Part shown: in pieces, positions 18,096-28,783 of the stretch
Numbering within the stretch: position 1 is the stretch's first letter
Layout of the letters: each line of letters opens with the position of its first letter
NCBI GenBank assembly: GCA_963708025.1
Contig: CAVPSB010000019.1
Location: 160,001-224,000, forward strand
Reading direction: 5' to 3'
Length of the DNA stretch: 64,000 nt
DNA from: an uncultured Candidatus Rokubacteria bacterium
GTDB lineage: Bacteria; Methylomirabilota; Methylomirabilia; Rokubacteriales; DASRDR01
Notes under the pieces: model-generated
Told to the model about the DNA's origin: nothing
Database searches by the model: none
What the model saw: the letters and a program-made list of their open reading frames with translations, nothing else
Position numbers and translations under genes: made by a program

Positions 18096-18916
18096 GGGCC
18101 GAGGAGGACGACGTGGCGGGTTGGCAGCAGGAGGCTCACGCTGAGCGTGGTCACCATCCCGGCGAAGCCGAGCACGGCCAGGTAGGCTCCGCGCCGGCCG
18201 CCCCAGCCGGCGCCGGCCCGGAGGGAGAGGATGATCGCGTAGATCGCCCAGGTCGCCACGGCGACGAGCGGGGTGGGCTGCCAGAGCCAGCCGGGTCCGA
18301 AGGCGCGCGCGGCCGTGATCGTCCCGAGGACGAGGCCGAGGGTCAGGAACGGAAAGCCGGCCACCAGGGCGTGGAACGAGAAGCGGTCGAGCGCGTCCAG
18401 CGCCGGCAGCCGGCGGGAGAGGCCGAGGATCCGCCCGCGCTTGAGCGCCCGCTCCTGGAGGATGTACATGACCCCGCCCGCGAAGTTGCCGGCCAGCGCC
18501 CCCAGGCCGAGCACGATGAAGAGGGCGTGACCGGCGCCGCCGGGGGCGCCCGACCCCGCGAAGACCGCGCCCTCCGGCGCGGCGGCGGCGATCAGGCTCA
18601 GGACCGCGACCGGCACCAGGACGAAGGCCGGAAGCGCGGGCAGGGCGTTGCGCCGCTCGCCCCAGAGGAGGAGGAGCACCGCGGCCCAGACGATCATGGA
18701 GAGCACCGCGTGGAGGCCGCCGACCGGCGGCCCGCCCAGGTCGATGGCGCGGAGGACGAGGCCCAGGGTGTGGAGGACCCACGCGGTCGCGAGGAGCGCG
18801 CGGGTCGGCACCGGCCAGGCGCCCCGGCGCGTCGTCAGCTCGGCGAGGGCCTGAACGGTCGCCCACAGGTAGCCGGTGAGCGCCAGGTCGACCAGGGCCC
18901 GGCTCCACCAGATCAT
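18092..18916 (-). CDS. Cytochrome c assembly (CcsA/HemX-like) membrane protein
   Basis: [12 protein letters not shown], degenerate WWD motif (GWLWQP), [10 protein letters not shown]; directly upstream of hemA. Confidence 0.8.
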   Translation of the reverse strand: MIWWSRALVDLALTGYLWATVQALAELTTRRGAWPVPTRALLATAWVLHTLGLVLRAIDLGGPPVGGLHAVLSMIVWAAVLLLLWGERRNALPALPAFVLVPVAVLSLIAAAAPEGAVFAGSGAPGGAGHALFIVLGLGALAGNFAGGVMYILQERALKRGRILGLSRRLPALDALDRFSFHALVAGFPFLTLGLVLGTITAARAFGPGWLWQPTPLVAVATWAIYAIILSLRAGAGWGGRRGAYLAVLGFAGMVTTLSVSLLLPTRHVVLLGP

Positions 18917-19270
18917 GGCCGACTCCGGACGCCGAACGGCCTCACGCCCCGGTCGTGTAGCGGCCGACCCTGCGTGGCGGCGAGACGAGACACGCCGGCT
19001 ATCTTACGCGAAGTCGTGCCTGGGAGTCTCCTTGCTCGGCGGCCGGGCCGATCGCTTCCGCGCCCTCCCAATCGAGAGCACGACCGAGCGGATCCGCCGC
19101 CACCGTTGCGTCCCCGGGGCCGCACGGCGCGCGGCTCCGCCTTTCCGGGTATCATGTCCACGGGCCGGGGCGGGTGGCGAGCCTCCTCGCCGTTCGGTGT
19201 CCGGCCCCATGGCCGATGGGCCGTGGCGTCGCTCCCCGACCTGATCACCTGGTTCAAGGAGGTTCCGACA

Positions 19271-19738
19271 TTGATCTCGCTGGTCGTCAACGGCAAGCAG
19301 GAGACGGTGGACGTCAGTCCCGACATGCCGCTCCTGTGGGTGCTCCGCGAGAATCTGAGCCTCACCGGCACCAAGTACGGCTGCGGCATGGCGCTGTGCG
19401 GCGCCTGCACCGTGCACCTCGACGGCCAGCCGCTCCGCTCGTGCGTCGACGCCGGTGTCGGCGGCCGCCGGCGAAGCGCGTCACCACGATCGAGGGGCTT
19501 TCCGCGAAGGCGGACCACCCCGTGCAGCGCGCCTGGATCGAGCTGGACGTCCCGCAGTGCGGCTACTGCCAGTCGGGCCAGATCATGTCGGCCGCGGCGC
19601 TGCTGGCCCAGAACGCGTCGCCGACCGACGCCGACATCGACACCGCGATGACGGGCAACATCTGCCGCTGCGGCACCTACCAGCGCATCCGGGCCGGCGA
19701 TCCATCGGGCGGCCGCGCTCAAGCGGGGAGGTGCGTGA
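19271..19738 (+). CDS. iorA: (2Fe-2S) subunit of an isoquinoline 1-oxidoreductase-type molybdoenzyme (frameshifted in this assembly)
   Basis: AAGGAGG RBS and TTG start; [28 protein letters not shown] and NICRCGTY spread over more than one frame. Confidence 0.85.
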
Positions 19739-21892
19739 TGGCGACGCTGCTCAGCCGACGCGACCTCCTGAAGAGCGGCCTCGCGGTCGGCGCTGGGCTG
19801 GTGGTCGGCTTTCGACTGCTGGATCCGGCTGCCCGGCGCGGCTGGGCCCAGGGGACCGGCGTGTTCGCGCCGAACCAGTGGCTGCGCATCGACCGGGACG
19901 GGGTCGTGACGATCGTCAACTCGGTGCCCGAGATGGGCCAGGGCTCGCTGACCACGATGCCGATGATCGTCGCCGACGAGCTCGACGCCGACTGGGACCG
20001 CATCCGGGTCGAGCAGGCGCCGGCGAATCCCAAGGCTCTACGGGAATCCGGTGACCGGCTCCCAGTCCTACGGGGGCAGCCGGGGCGTTCGCGATCACCT
20101 CGAGCCGTTGCGCAAGGCCGGCGCGGCCGCGCGCGCAGATGCTGCGGGAGGCGGGCGCCCAGGAGTGGGGCGTGCCGGTGAGCGAGGTCGAGACCGAGCC
20201 GGGGGTGGTGGTCCACCGGCCGACCGGGCGCCGGCTGCTCTACGGCCAGCTCGTGGACCGGGCCCAGCAGCTCCCGGTCCCGCAGAATCCCACGCTGAAG
20301 ACGCCAGCCCAGTTCCGGTACATCGGCAAGGAGCGGAGCCGGCTCGACGTGCCGGCCAAGGTCACCGGCAAGGCCGTCTACGGCATCGACGTGCAGGTTC
20401 CGGGCATGCTCATCGCCTCGATCGAGCGCTGCCCCGTGTTCGGGGGCAAGGTCCAGAGCTTCGACGCCACCGCGGCGAAGGCGGTGCCGGGCGTGAAGCA
20501 TGTCGTCCAGGTCTCGAACGGGGTGGCGGTGGTGGCCGACAGCTTCTGGACGGCCGTGCAGGGCCGCAAGGCGCTGAAGGCGACCTGGGACGAAGGGCCG
20601 GTCGCCCAGGTCTCGAGCCCGCAGATCAGCCGTGACTACGAGGCGCTGGCGAAGCAGCCGGGCGCACAGTCGCGCAAGGACGGCGACGCCGAGTCGGCGC
20701 TGGCCGCCGGCGGGAAGACGCTGGAGGCCGTCTATCAGGTGCCGTTCCTCGAGCACGCCTGCATGGAGCCGATGAACTGCACGGCCCACGTCACGAACGA
20801 CGCGTGCACGTGTGGGTGCCCACCCAGAACCCGGGCGGGACCCAGGAGACCGCCGCGCGGATCACCGGACTGCCGCGCGAGAAGGTCACCGTCAACACGA
20901 CCTTCCTGGGCGGCGGCTTCGGGCGGCGCGGCGAGCTGGACTTCGTGGTCGACGCGGTCGAGACGGCGAAGGCCGTCGGCGCGCCCGGTCAAGGTGATCT
21001 GGACCCGCGAGGACGACATCCAGCACGGCTTCTACCGCCCGGCGACCTACAACGTGTTTCGCGCCGCGCTCGATCGCCCAGGGAGCACCGCTGGCGTGGT
21101 GGCACCGCATCGTGGGCCCCGGCATCCTCGTCCAGCGCGGCCGCGTACCCGCCGGCCAGGTCGATCCGACGTCGGTCGTCGGCGGCCGCGCGACATCCCC
21201 TACGACATCCCGAACGTCCAGGTGGAGTGGGTCAACAAGGACTTCGGGATCCCGGTCGGCTTCTGGCGCTCGGTGGGCCGCTCGCAGAACGCGTTCATCG
21301 TGGAGAGCTTCGTCGACGAGCTGGCCTCCCTGGCGGGTCAGGATCCCTACGAGTACCGCCGGAGCGCTCCTCGGCAAGGCGCCCCGCCACAAGGCGGTGC
21401 TCGAGCTGGCGGCGACCAAGGCGAACTGGGGCGCGCCGCTGCCGGCCGGCCGCGCCCGCGGGATCGCGGTCGCGTTCTCGTACGGCAGCTACGTGTCGCA
21501 CGTGGCCGAGGTCTCGGTGGCGCCCGACGGCAAGGTGACCGTGCACAAGCTCGACCTGCGCGATCGACTGCGGCATCGCCGTCAACCCCGACCAGGTCCG
21601 GGCCCAGATGGAGGGCGGCGCGATCTACGCGCTCACCGCCGTCCTGTACGGCGAGATCACCATCGACCGCGGCCGGGTCCAGCAGTCGAACTTCCACGAC
21701 TACCCGATGCTGCGCATCAACGAGGCGCCGGTCGTCGAGGCCCACATCCTGGACTCGGGCGAGCCGCCGGGCGGCCTCGGGGAGCCGGGGGTGCCGACGG
21801 TGGCGCCGTCGATCTGCAACGCGATCTTCGCGCTGACGGGCAAGCGCCTCCGCCAGCTGCCCATCCGATCGGACGACCTGAAGCGCGCTTGA
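19738..21892 (+). CDS. iorB: Molybdopterin-binding IorB-type subunit with Tat-like leader (multiple frameshifts)
   Basis: [47 protein letters not shown] and GLGEPG found in successive frames. Confidence 0.85.
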
Positions 21893-21905
21893 CGCGAGTA
21901 TCACC

Positions 21906-21960
21906 ACCTCCCGCCCACCCGGCCCCCCTCCCCCACCCACCGGGGGGAGGGGGGCCGGAG
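21906..21960. repeat. Family A repeat, partial
   Basis: ACCTCCCGCCCACCCGGCCCCCCTCCCCCACCCACCGGGGGGAGGGGGGCCGGAG, 13 nt after the iorB stop. Confidence 0.7.
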
Positions 21961-21982
21961 CGGAGAAGAGGGCGAGGAGAGT

Positions 21983-22423
21983 ATGCCGCCGCTGATCCGC
22001 CGCTACGTCAAGACGAGCTTCGTCTTCCTGCTGCTCGGGATGGCGCTGGGCGCCTACGTGACCGTCGAGGTCAATCTGCGCGGGCGGGGGGTGCCGTGGC
22101 CGCTGATCACGGCCCACGTGCACCTGGTCCTGGTCGGGTTCCTGCTGATGGTGGTATTCGGGGTGGCGAGCTGGATGTTCCCCCGGCCGGGCCGCGACGA
22201 CGCGCGTTACCGGCCCTGGCTCGCCGAGGTGGTCTACTGGATGCTGACGCTGGCCACGGTGGCGCGCACGCTCGGGGAGCTCGGCTCCGCGGTCGCTGGC
22301 GTCCGCGGCGGCTCCTGGCTGGCGGCCCTCGGCGGATTCGGCCAGCTCGGCGCCGCCGTGCTCTTCGTCGTCAACATGTGGGTCCGGGTGCGCATGCCGA
22401 CCGCCGCCACGCCGCCCCGCTGA
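21983..22423 (+). CDS. Four-helix membrane protein (resembles small proteins annotated as cbb3 oxidase subunit I-like)
   Basis: MPPLIRRYVKTS..., AHVHLVLVGF...GVASWMFPR. Confidence 0.7.
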   Translation: MPPLIRRYVKTSFVFLLLGMALGAYVTVEVNLRGRGVPWPLITAHVHLVLVGFLLMVVFGVASWMFPRPGRDDARYRPWLAEVVYWMLTLATVARTLGELGSAVAGVRGGSWLAALGGFGQLGAAVLFVVNMWVRVRMPTAATPPR

Positions 22424-22433
22424 CCCCCGAACG

Positions 22434-23288
22434 TCAGGGCTGGAGGCCGAGGATGCGCTGGGCGTTCAGCCGGTAGACCTTCTCCAGCACCGCGGCCGGG
22501 TAGCCCTCCGCTTCCCAGTCGCGGAACAGGCGCTCGTAGCTCAGCACCGGATAGTCCGAGCCGAACATCACCCGGTCCTGCAACCGGCCGCGGATCTCGC
22601 GCTTCAGCGCGTCCGAGAAGTACTTGGGCGACCACCCGGACATCTCCATGGAGACGTTGGCCTTGTGGAGGGCCACGGCGATCATCTCGTCCTGCCAGGG
22701 CCAGGACGGGTGGCAGGCGATGATGGTCAGCTCGGGGAAGTCGGCCGCGACGTCGTCGAGGTGGGGGATCGGCCGGCAGTACTTCAGCTTGAGCCCCATG
22801 CCGCCCGGCGTGCCGGCGCCGAAGCCGGTCGTGCCGGAGTGGAACTGGACCGCCTTGCCGAGCGAGCGGCAGAGGTCATACAGGGGATAGAACCGCCGGT
22901 CGTCGGGGAAGAAGGCCTGGGCGGTCGCCTGGAACTTGATCCCCATGAGCCCGAGGGTGGTGAGGCACCGCTCGGCCTCCCGCAGCGCCTCCCGGCCCTT
23001 CCAGGGGTCGATCATGGCCCACCCGCCGGGGAACGTGTCGGGGAAGCGGCGCACCAGCTCGGCCACGTAGTCGTTCGAGAGGACGGGGCCGCCCGAGCCC
23101 GACTGGGCGTCCCACCCGATGATGCAGGCCTTGACGTCGGCCTGGCGGAGATCCTCCACCATGCCTTCCTCGGTCCGCACGTCGGGCTTGAACCGGTAGT
23201 AGGTCTCCATCGGTCCCAGATAGGGTCCCCAGGCCTCGTACTGCGGGCGGGTGGAGAGATGGCAGTGGACGTCGATCGCTCTCGTCAT
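22434..23288 (-). CDS. Amidohydrolase_2 family metal-dependent hydrolase
   Basis: IDVHCH, FHSG, DDVAADFPELTIIACHPSWPW, FGSDYP. Confidence 0.9.
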   Translation of the reverse strand: MTRAIDVHCHLSTRPQYEAWGPYLGPMETYYRFKPDVRTEEGMVEDLRQADVKACIIGWDAQSGSGGPVLSNDYVAELVRRFPDTFPGGWAMIDPWKGREALREAERCLTTLGLMGIKFQATAQAFFPDDRRFYPLYDLCRSLGKAVQFHSGTTGFGAGTPGGMGLKLKYCRPIPHLDDVAADFPELTIIACHPSWPWQDEMIAVALHKANVSMEMSGWSPKYFSDALKREIRGRLQDRVMFGSDYPVLSYERLFRDWEAEGYPAAVLEKVYRLNAQRILGLQP

Positions 23289-23308
23289 GGCTGTCGGCCC
23301 CCCGGGCC

Positions 23309-23338
23309 ACCGTAGCAGGGGGCCGACCGCCCGGTCAA
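23309..23338 (-). promoter_or_regulatory. Putative sigma70 promoter
   Basis: TTGACC-18 nt-TACGGT with TG extension. Confidence 0.5.
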
Positions 23339-23368
23339 ACCGGCGATCAGTTGGCGATCACGTGGCGC

Positions 23369-23944
23369 TCACGCGGCGCCGGCGACCATCTCCGTGAAGA
23401 AGCGGTGGACGGCCAGGTCGTCGGTCAGCTCGGGGTGGAAGCTGCCGACCAGCACCGGGCCCTGGCGGGCGAGCACCGGCTCGTCCCGGACCGTGGCCAG
23501 CGCGTGGACGCCGGGGCCGGCGCGGGTGATCCGGGGCGCGCGGATGAAGACCATCCGCACGGGCACCGAGACGTCACCGAGCCGGGCCTCGGCCTCGACC
23601 TCGAAGGACTCCCGCTGGCGGCCGTAGGCGTTCCGCTCGGCGGTGACGTCGATGAGACCCAGCGAGGGCTGGGCCGGATTCACGACCTGCCGGGCCAGGA
23701 GGATCAGGCCGGCGCAGGTGCCGTAGATCGGCCGGCCCGCCGCGTGGAAGGCGGCGAGCGCGGGCGGGAAGGCGTCCCCCATGAGCTTGAGCAGGGTGGT
23801 GCTCTCGCCCCCCGGGATGATCAGCGCCTCGAGGCCCGCCAGCTCGTCGGGCTTCCGGACCTCGGGCGCCTCGACGCCCAGCCGCCCGAGCGCCTGAGCG
23901 TGCCTGGCGAAATCGCCCTGGAGGGCCAGGACGCCGATGCGCAT
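23369..23944 (-). CDS. pdxT: PLP synthase glutaminase subunit
   Basis: IGVLALQGDF, PGGESTT, GTCAGLILLA, RNAYGRQRESF, SFHPELTDD. Confidence 0.97.
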   Translation of the reverse strand: MRIGVLALQGDFARHAQALGRLGVEAPEVRKPDELAGLEALIIPGGESTTLLKLMGDAFPPALAAFHAAGRPIYGTCAGLILLARQVVNPAQPSLGLIDVTAERNAYGRQRESFEVEAEARLGDVSVPVRMVFIRAPRITRAGPGVHALATVRDEPVLARQGPVLVGSFHPELTDDLAVHRFFTEMVAGAA

Positions 23945-23947
23945 CGC

Positions 23948-24829
23948 CTACCAGCCGCGCGAGGCCAGCCGCTCCGACTCCCCGAGCTTCGACAGCTCGA
24001 GCCCCGGCATGGCCTCGCCCAGCTCCTCGGAGACCCTGGCCAGGACGTCGGCGTCCCGGTAGTGGGTGGTGGCCTGCACGATGGCGCGGGCGCGAACCGC
24101 CGGGTCCGACGACTTGAAGACGCCCGAGCCGACGAAGACGGCCTCGGCCCCGAGCTGCATCATGAGCGCGGCGTCGGCCGGCGTGGCCACGCCCCCGGCG
24201 GCGAAGTTCGGCACCGGCAGGCGCCCCTCGGCGGCCACCCAGCGGACCAGCTCGATCGGGGCGCCCAGCTCCTTCGCCTCCGCCATCAGCTCTTCCGCTC
24301 CCAGGATGGTGAGCCGCTTGATGTGACCCGTCACCTTGCGGATGTGGCGGACGGCCTCCACGATGTTGCCGGAGCCCGCCTCGCCCTTGGTCCGGATCAT
24401 CGCCGCCCCCTCGCCGATCCGGCGGAGCGCCTCGCCGAGGTCGCGCGCCCCGCAGACGAAGGGCACCGTGAAGGCGAGCTTGTCGACGTGGAAGTGCTCG
24501 TCGGCCGGCGTGAGGACCTCCGACTCGTCGACGTAGTCCACGCCCAGGGCCTGGAGGACCTGGGCCTCCACGAAGTGGCCGATCCGGCACTTGGCCATGA
24601 CCGGGATCGTCACGGTGGCCATGATCTCCCGGATCTTCCGGACGCTCGCCATGCGGGCCACTCCCCCGTCGCGCCGGATGTCCGCCGGGACCCGCTCGAG
24701 CGCCATCACGGCCGCGGCGCCGGCGTCCTCGGCGATCCGGGCCTGCTCGGCGGTCGTCACGTCCATGATGACGCCGCCCTTCAGCATCTCGGCCAGCCCC
24801 ACCTTGAGTCGCAGCGTGCTCAGCTCCAT
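23948..24829 (-). CDS. pdxS: PLP synthase lyase subunit
   Basis: [59 protein letters not shown]. Confidence 0.97.
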   Translation of the reverse strand: MELSTLRLKVGLAEMLKGGVIMDVTTAEQARIAEDAGAAAVMALERVPADIRRDGGVARMASVRKIREIMATVTIPVMAKCRIGHFVEAQVLQALGVDYVDESEVLTPADEHFHVDKLAFTVPFVCGARDLGEALRRIGEGAAMIRTKGEAGSGNIVEAVRHIRKVTGHIKRLTILGAEELMAEAKELGAPIELVRWVAAEGRLPVPNFAAGGVATPADAALMMQLGAEAVFVGSGVFKSSDPAVRARAIVQATTHYRDADVLARVSEELGEAMPGLELSKLGESERLASRGW

Positions 24830-24874
24830 CGCCGTCCTCCTTCTCCCGTCATCGCGGGTCGAACCGAATGGCAT

Positions 24875-24938
24875 GATTGGATCGCTCAATTGGAGCCGTG
24901 TAAAGTGCCAATTGGCGGCTGCCAGGACAGGCCAATCG
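24875..24938 (-). promoter_or_regulatory. Cluster of ATTGG/CCAAT motifs upstream of pdxS (candidate MocR/PdxR operator)
   Basis: GATTGG..CAATTGG..CCAATTGG..CCAATC in an AT-richer patch. Confidence 0.5.
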
Positions 24939-25070
24939 TCAGGGGGCGAGGGGGACAGCAGCGGGCGGGACGAGGGACGCCAGGGGCGGCCGCCAGGCGG
25001 GCGCCCGGGGGCGGGAAGAGCCTAGAGTCCTTGACGCGTGAAAGTCATGGCAGATGAGTCAAGTTCTCGG

Positions 25071-25194
25071 GGGCAGGGCCGAGGAGCGAGCAGCGCTAGG
25101 ACGCAGGGAGTCGCCGACCGCAGGCGTACTCCTCGTACGCCGAGGATCGGCGACGACCGAGGACGACGCGATGCGACGCTCATCGGCCCTGCCC
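25071..25194. repeat. Family D long imperfect palindrome
   Basis: Arms GGGCAGGGCCGA / TCGGCCCTGCCC; centre GGCGTAC-TCCTC-GTACGCC. Confidence 0.8.
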
Positions 25195-25195
25195 G

Positions 25196-25402
25196 CTAGG
25201 CGCTCTCTTCCTCCGGGACGTCCTGGTCGGCCTGGCAGCTGAGGCAGACCCAGCGGCGCCAGACCTGCCGCTGCCGGTCACGCCAGAGATACCAGGGATT
25301 CAGCATCTCGCGGCCACAGGCCGGGCAGCGCCGGGCCTGGGCCGGGTCCGGATGGGGGTGGGGGTAGTAGGTGCGGCGCTCGACCGGGATCTCGTGGCTC
25401 AT
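25196..25402 (-). CDS. Small putative zinc-ribbon protein (68 aa)
   Basis: CPACG...WVCLSC (two CxxC motifs). Confidence 0.6.
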   Translation of the reverse strand: MSHEIPVERRTYYPHPHPDPAQARRCPACGREMLNPWYLWRDRQRQVWRRWVCLSCQADQDVPEEESA

Positions 25403-25521
25403 GGCGGCTTCTGTTATCGTCTGGCGCCGCCGTTTCGTCAAGCGGCTTTCCGAGCCCCCCTCCGGCCCGGGTTCGGCCGGCCGGGGAGCCCGGTGATATA
25501 CTCCCGCCTGGACACCCCGTC

Positions 25522-27255
25522 ATGCGGCGACTCCGGATCGCGCTCGGCCAGATCAACGCGACGGTCGGCGACCTCGAGGGGAACACGCGGCGCGTCCTCG
25601 AGACGATCGAGCAGGCCCGGCCTCTCGGCGTGGACCTGGTGGCGTTCCCCGAGCTGGTCCTGACCGGGTACCCCCCCGAAGACCTCCTCTTCAAGCCGGC
25701 GTTCATCGAGGCCAACCTGCGGGCTCTGGACGAGGTCGTCCGGGCGTCGGTCGGCCTCACGGTGGTGGTCGGCTTCGTCGACCGCCGGGACGACATCCTG
25801 AACGCGGCGGCGGTGATCCACGACCGCCGGCTGGCCGGGGTGTACCACAAGCAGTACCTCCCGAACTACGGCGTCTTCGACGAGAACCGGTACTTCCAGG
25901 CCGGGACCGAGACGCCGGTGTTCGAGCTGGGCGAGGGACCCGCCGCCGTCGTCGCCGTCAACATCTGCGAGGACATCTGGTACCCGACTGGACCGGCCAC
26001 CGCCCAGACCCTGGCCGGGGCGGACGTGATCCTCACCATCACCTCGTCCCCCTACCACGCCGGCAAGGTCCGGTTCCGGGAGAAGATGCTGGCTACCCGG
26101 GCCGGCGACCACGTCGCGTGCCTGGCCTACGCGAACCTGGTCGGGGGCCAGGACGAGCTGGTGTTCGACGGCCAGTCGATGATCTTCAACGAGCGCGGGG
26201 AGCGCCTGGCGCTCGGCCGGCCCTTCGAGGAAGACCTGGTCGTCGCCGACCTCGACCTGGACGCCGTCTTCCGCGCCCGCCTCCGCGACTCGCGCCGGCG
26301 GAAGGACAAGCTCCTCGCCACCGAGCCCGTCCGCCGGATCACTCTGCCGGCGCCGGCGGACCGCGAGCGCCCTCCGCTGCCCGCCTCCAGCGCGAGCTTC
26401 CTCGAGCCGGTCGCCGAGGTCTACGCCGCGCTGGTGCTCGGCACCCGGGACTACGTCCGGAAGAACGGCTTCCGTCGCGTGGTCATCGGGCTGTCGGGTG
26501 GCATCGATTCGGCCCTGACGGCGGCCGTCGCCGTGGATGCCCTCGGGCGGGACAGCGTGGTCGGCGTGTCGATGCCGTCGCCCTTCTCCTCGGCGGGGAC
26601 CAAGGCGGACGCCCGGCGGGTGGCGCGGAACCTCGGCATCGAATTCCTCACCCTCCCCATCACGCCCGGCTACCGGGCGTTCCGGCGCATCCTGGCCGCC
26701 CCGTTCAAGGGCCTGAAGGAGGACGTGGCGGAGGAGAACATCCAGGCCCGGGTGCGGGGGATGCTCCTGATGGCGCTGTCGAACAAGTTCGGATGGCTCG
26801 TCCTCACCACCGGGAACAAGAGCGAGATGGGCGTGGGCTACTGCACGCTCTACGGGGACATGGCCGGCGGCTTTGCCGTCATCAAGGACGTCCCGAAGAC
26901 CCTGGTCTACGAGCTGGCCCGGTACCGGAACGCCCGCGACGGCCGGCCGGCGATCCCCGAGAGCGTGCTGACCCGGGCGCCCTCGGCCGAGCTGCGCCCC
27001 AACCAGACCGACCAGGACAGCCTGCCGCCCTACGAGGTGCTCGACGCGATCCTGGAGGCCTACGTCGAGAACGACCGGCCGATCGCCGACATCGTCGCCA
27101 GCGGCTTCGACGAGGCGACGGTGCGGCGGGTGGTGGCGATGGTCGACCGCAACGAGTACAAGCGCCGCCAGGCGCCGCCGGGCGTCAAGATCACGACGCG
27201 CGCGTTCGGGCGCGACTGGCGACTCCCGATCGTCAACCGCTTCCACCACCCGTAG
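25522..27255 (+). CDS. nadE: Glutamine-dependent NAD+ synthetase
   Basis: Nitrilase domain (FPEL, LPNYGVFDE, NICEDIW) plus GLSGGIDS, TTGNKSE, PSAELRPNQTDQD. Confidence 0.97.
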   Translation: MRRLRIALGQINATVGDLEGNTRRVLETIEQARPLGVDLVAFPELVLTGYPPEDLLFKPAFIEANLRALDEVVRASVGLTVVVGFVDRRDDILNAAAVIHDRRLAGVYHKQYLPNYGVFDENRYFQAGTETPVFELGEGPAAVVAVNICEDIWYPTGPATAQTLAGADVILTITSSPYHAGKVRFREKMLATRAGDHVACLAYANLVGGQDELVFDGQSMIFNERGERLALGRPFEEDLVVADLDLDAVFRARLRDSRRRKDKLLATEPVRRITLPAPADRERPPLPASSASFLEPVAEVYAALVLGTRDYVRKNGFRRVVIGLSGGIDSALTAAVAVDALGRDSVVGVSMPSPFSSAGTKADARRVARNLGIEFLTLPITPGYRAFRRILAAPFKGLKEDVAEENIQARVRGMLLMALSNKFGWLVLTTGNKSEMGVGYCTLYGDMAGGFAVIKDVPKTLVYELARYRNARDGRPAIPESVLTRAPSAELRPNQTDQDSLPPYEVLDAILEAYVENDRPIADIVASGFDEATVRRVVAMVDRNEYKRRQAPPGVKITTRAFGRDWRLPIVNRFHHP

Positions 27256-27316
27256 TCGCGCACCGGGCGACCGGCCGTCGGGCGTCGGTGACCGCGCGGC
27301 GGGTCGCCGCGTCTCA

Positions 27317-27463
27317 GTTCGGGACCTCCCGCCCACCCCCCCAACCCCCTCCCGTTTGACCGGATCGCCGGGACGGCTCGGCCTGCGGCCCTCGCGACGT
27401 CCCGTCCCTCCGGTAGGCACCGGGGGGAGGGGGGAGTCGGAGGCCCCATTCCTCCACACGCTC
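27317..27463. repeat. Family A repeat with a different nested hairpin
   Basis: Family A ends; interior GGGACG-GCTCGGCCTGCGGCCCTCGCGA-CGTCCC, a motif also seen inside 35877-36106. Confidence 0.8.
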
Positions 27464-28783
27464 TCAGCCCGGATTCGCCCCCGCCGGTCCGGGGGCCGGA
27501 AGGCTGCGGGCGACGATCCAGGGCATCGCCATCAGGGCGTAGACCAGCATCACCACCTCGCCGTCCCCGAAGTTGTGCTCGAAGAGCCCGGCGACGAGGA
27601 AGGCTCCGACGCCCCACAGACTGGCGCTGACGAGCGCCCGCTCGCGTGACGCGTCCGGTCCGAGCCGGCGGAGGACCCGCGCGCTCTCCCGGAAGAAGAC
27701 GATCCACAGCCAGATCCAGACCGCGAGGGCGGGCAGGCCCCGCTCGGCCGCGATCTGGATCGGCGAGTTGTGGAGGTGGCCGGTGGACGGCCGGACTGCC
27801 TCCGGCCGGCGGTAGTGGGGATACCAGACGCGCACCTGCCCGGGCCCGACGCCGACCAGCGGGTGGTCGGCGATCATGGCCAGGCCGCTCCGCCACATGG
27901 CCACCCGGTCGCGGGCGGTCTCGTCCTGGGGATCGGCCATCGAGCGCACGCGCTCCATGACGGCGCCGGAGGAGGCGGCGGCGACCACCAGCGCCACCGC
28001 CACCAGGAGCAGGACCCACCGGCTGGCGCGCCGCGCCGTGAGGACGAGGCCGAGCGTCCCCGCCACCAGGCCGAGCCAGGCGTTCCGGGAGTACGTGAAG
28101 GCGAGGGCGGCGAGCGTGATGGCGCCGGCCGGCACCATCCACCAGACCCGCCGCCAGGACACATGGGCCAGGTAGGCCACGAAGAAGAGCGTTCCCAGCA
28201 GGAGGACGCCGCCGAAGGTCATGTAGATGCTGAACGGCCCGCTGACCCGTGACGGGTGGGTGCAGAGGACGGCGAGCGCGTCCCCCGGCCGGATGGTGCC
28301 GCACACGAAGGCCTGGACGAGCCCGTAGGACGCCATGACGGTCAAGACGAGCAGAAAGCCCGTCCAGAGCCGGAGGGCGTGATCGCTGTCGCGGGTGTAC
28401 CAGAGCACCAGGTAGAAGACGGTGATGCGGAGGGTGTCGCGGGCGAGCCAGAGGCTGCCGCCCGGATCGCCGGACAGGATCGCCGAGAGGATCGACAGGG
28501 CAACGAACGCCAGGAAGGGCCGCGTCAGTGGGTGGCGGCGCAGCGGCTCGGCGTCCGCCCAGACCTCGCGCGCGACGGCGGCCAGGGCCCGCGGCCTCGG
28601 GACGCTCCGGAGGGCCTGGTCCCAGGGCACCACGAGCAGGAACAGCAGGGCGAGCAGGATCTGGCTGCCGCTGATCGAGCAGCCGAGGGCCAGGAAGAAC
28701 CCGACCAGCAGGCCCTGGCGGAGCGAGGGGAGGAGCGGCTGCGAGCGCGGGAGGGGGAACGGCCAGGCGACCGGCGCCGTCAC
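27464..28783 (-). CDS. O-antigen ligase (WaaL/Wzy_C family)
   Basis: TYSRNAWLG, RVAMWRSGLAMIADHPLVGVG, HLHNSPIQIAAERG; GTG overlaps the msbA stop. Confidence 0.88.
   Translation of the reverse strand: MTAPVAWPFPLPRSQPLLPSLRQGLLVGFFLALGCSISGSQILLALLFLLVVPWDQALRSVPRPRALAAVAREVWADAEPLRRHPLTRPFLAFVALSILSAILSGDPGGSLWLARDTLRITVFYLVLWYTRDSDHALRLWTGFLLVLTVMASYGLVQAFVCGTIRPGDALAVLCTHPSRVSGPFSIYMTFGGVLLLGTLFFVAYLAHVSWRRVWWMVPAGAITLAALAFTYSRNAWLGLVAGTLGLVLTARRASRWVLLLVAVALVVAAASSGAVMERVRSMADPQDETARDRVAMWRSGLAMIADHPLVGVGPGQVRVWYPHYRRPEAVRPSTGHLHNSPIQIAAERGLPALAVWIWLWIVFFRESARVLRRLGPDASRERALVSASLWGVGAFLVAGLFEHNFGDGEVVMLVYALMAMPWIVARSLPAPGPAGANPG

Noticed and set aside
18953-18975. Shared TCGTGTAGCG in the leaders of the ccsA-like gene and dctP (near 61900) as a riboswitch
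   Set aside because: Only about 10 nt match, and I cannot fit a known riboswitch consensus or shared fold.
25022-25071. CTAG-AGTCCTTGAC...GTCAAGTTCTC as another MITE
   Set aside because: The inverted repeat is short and imperfect, there is no right-hand CTAG, and only one copy is present. It may be a decayed element but is unsupported.
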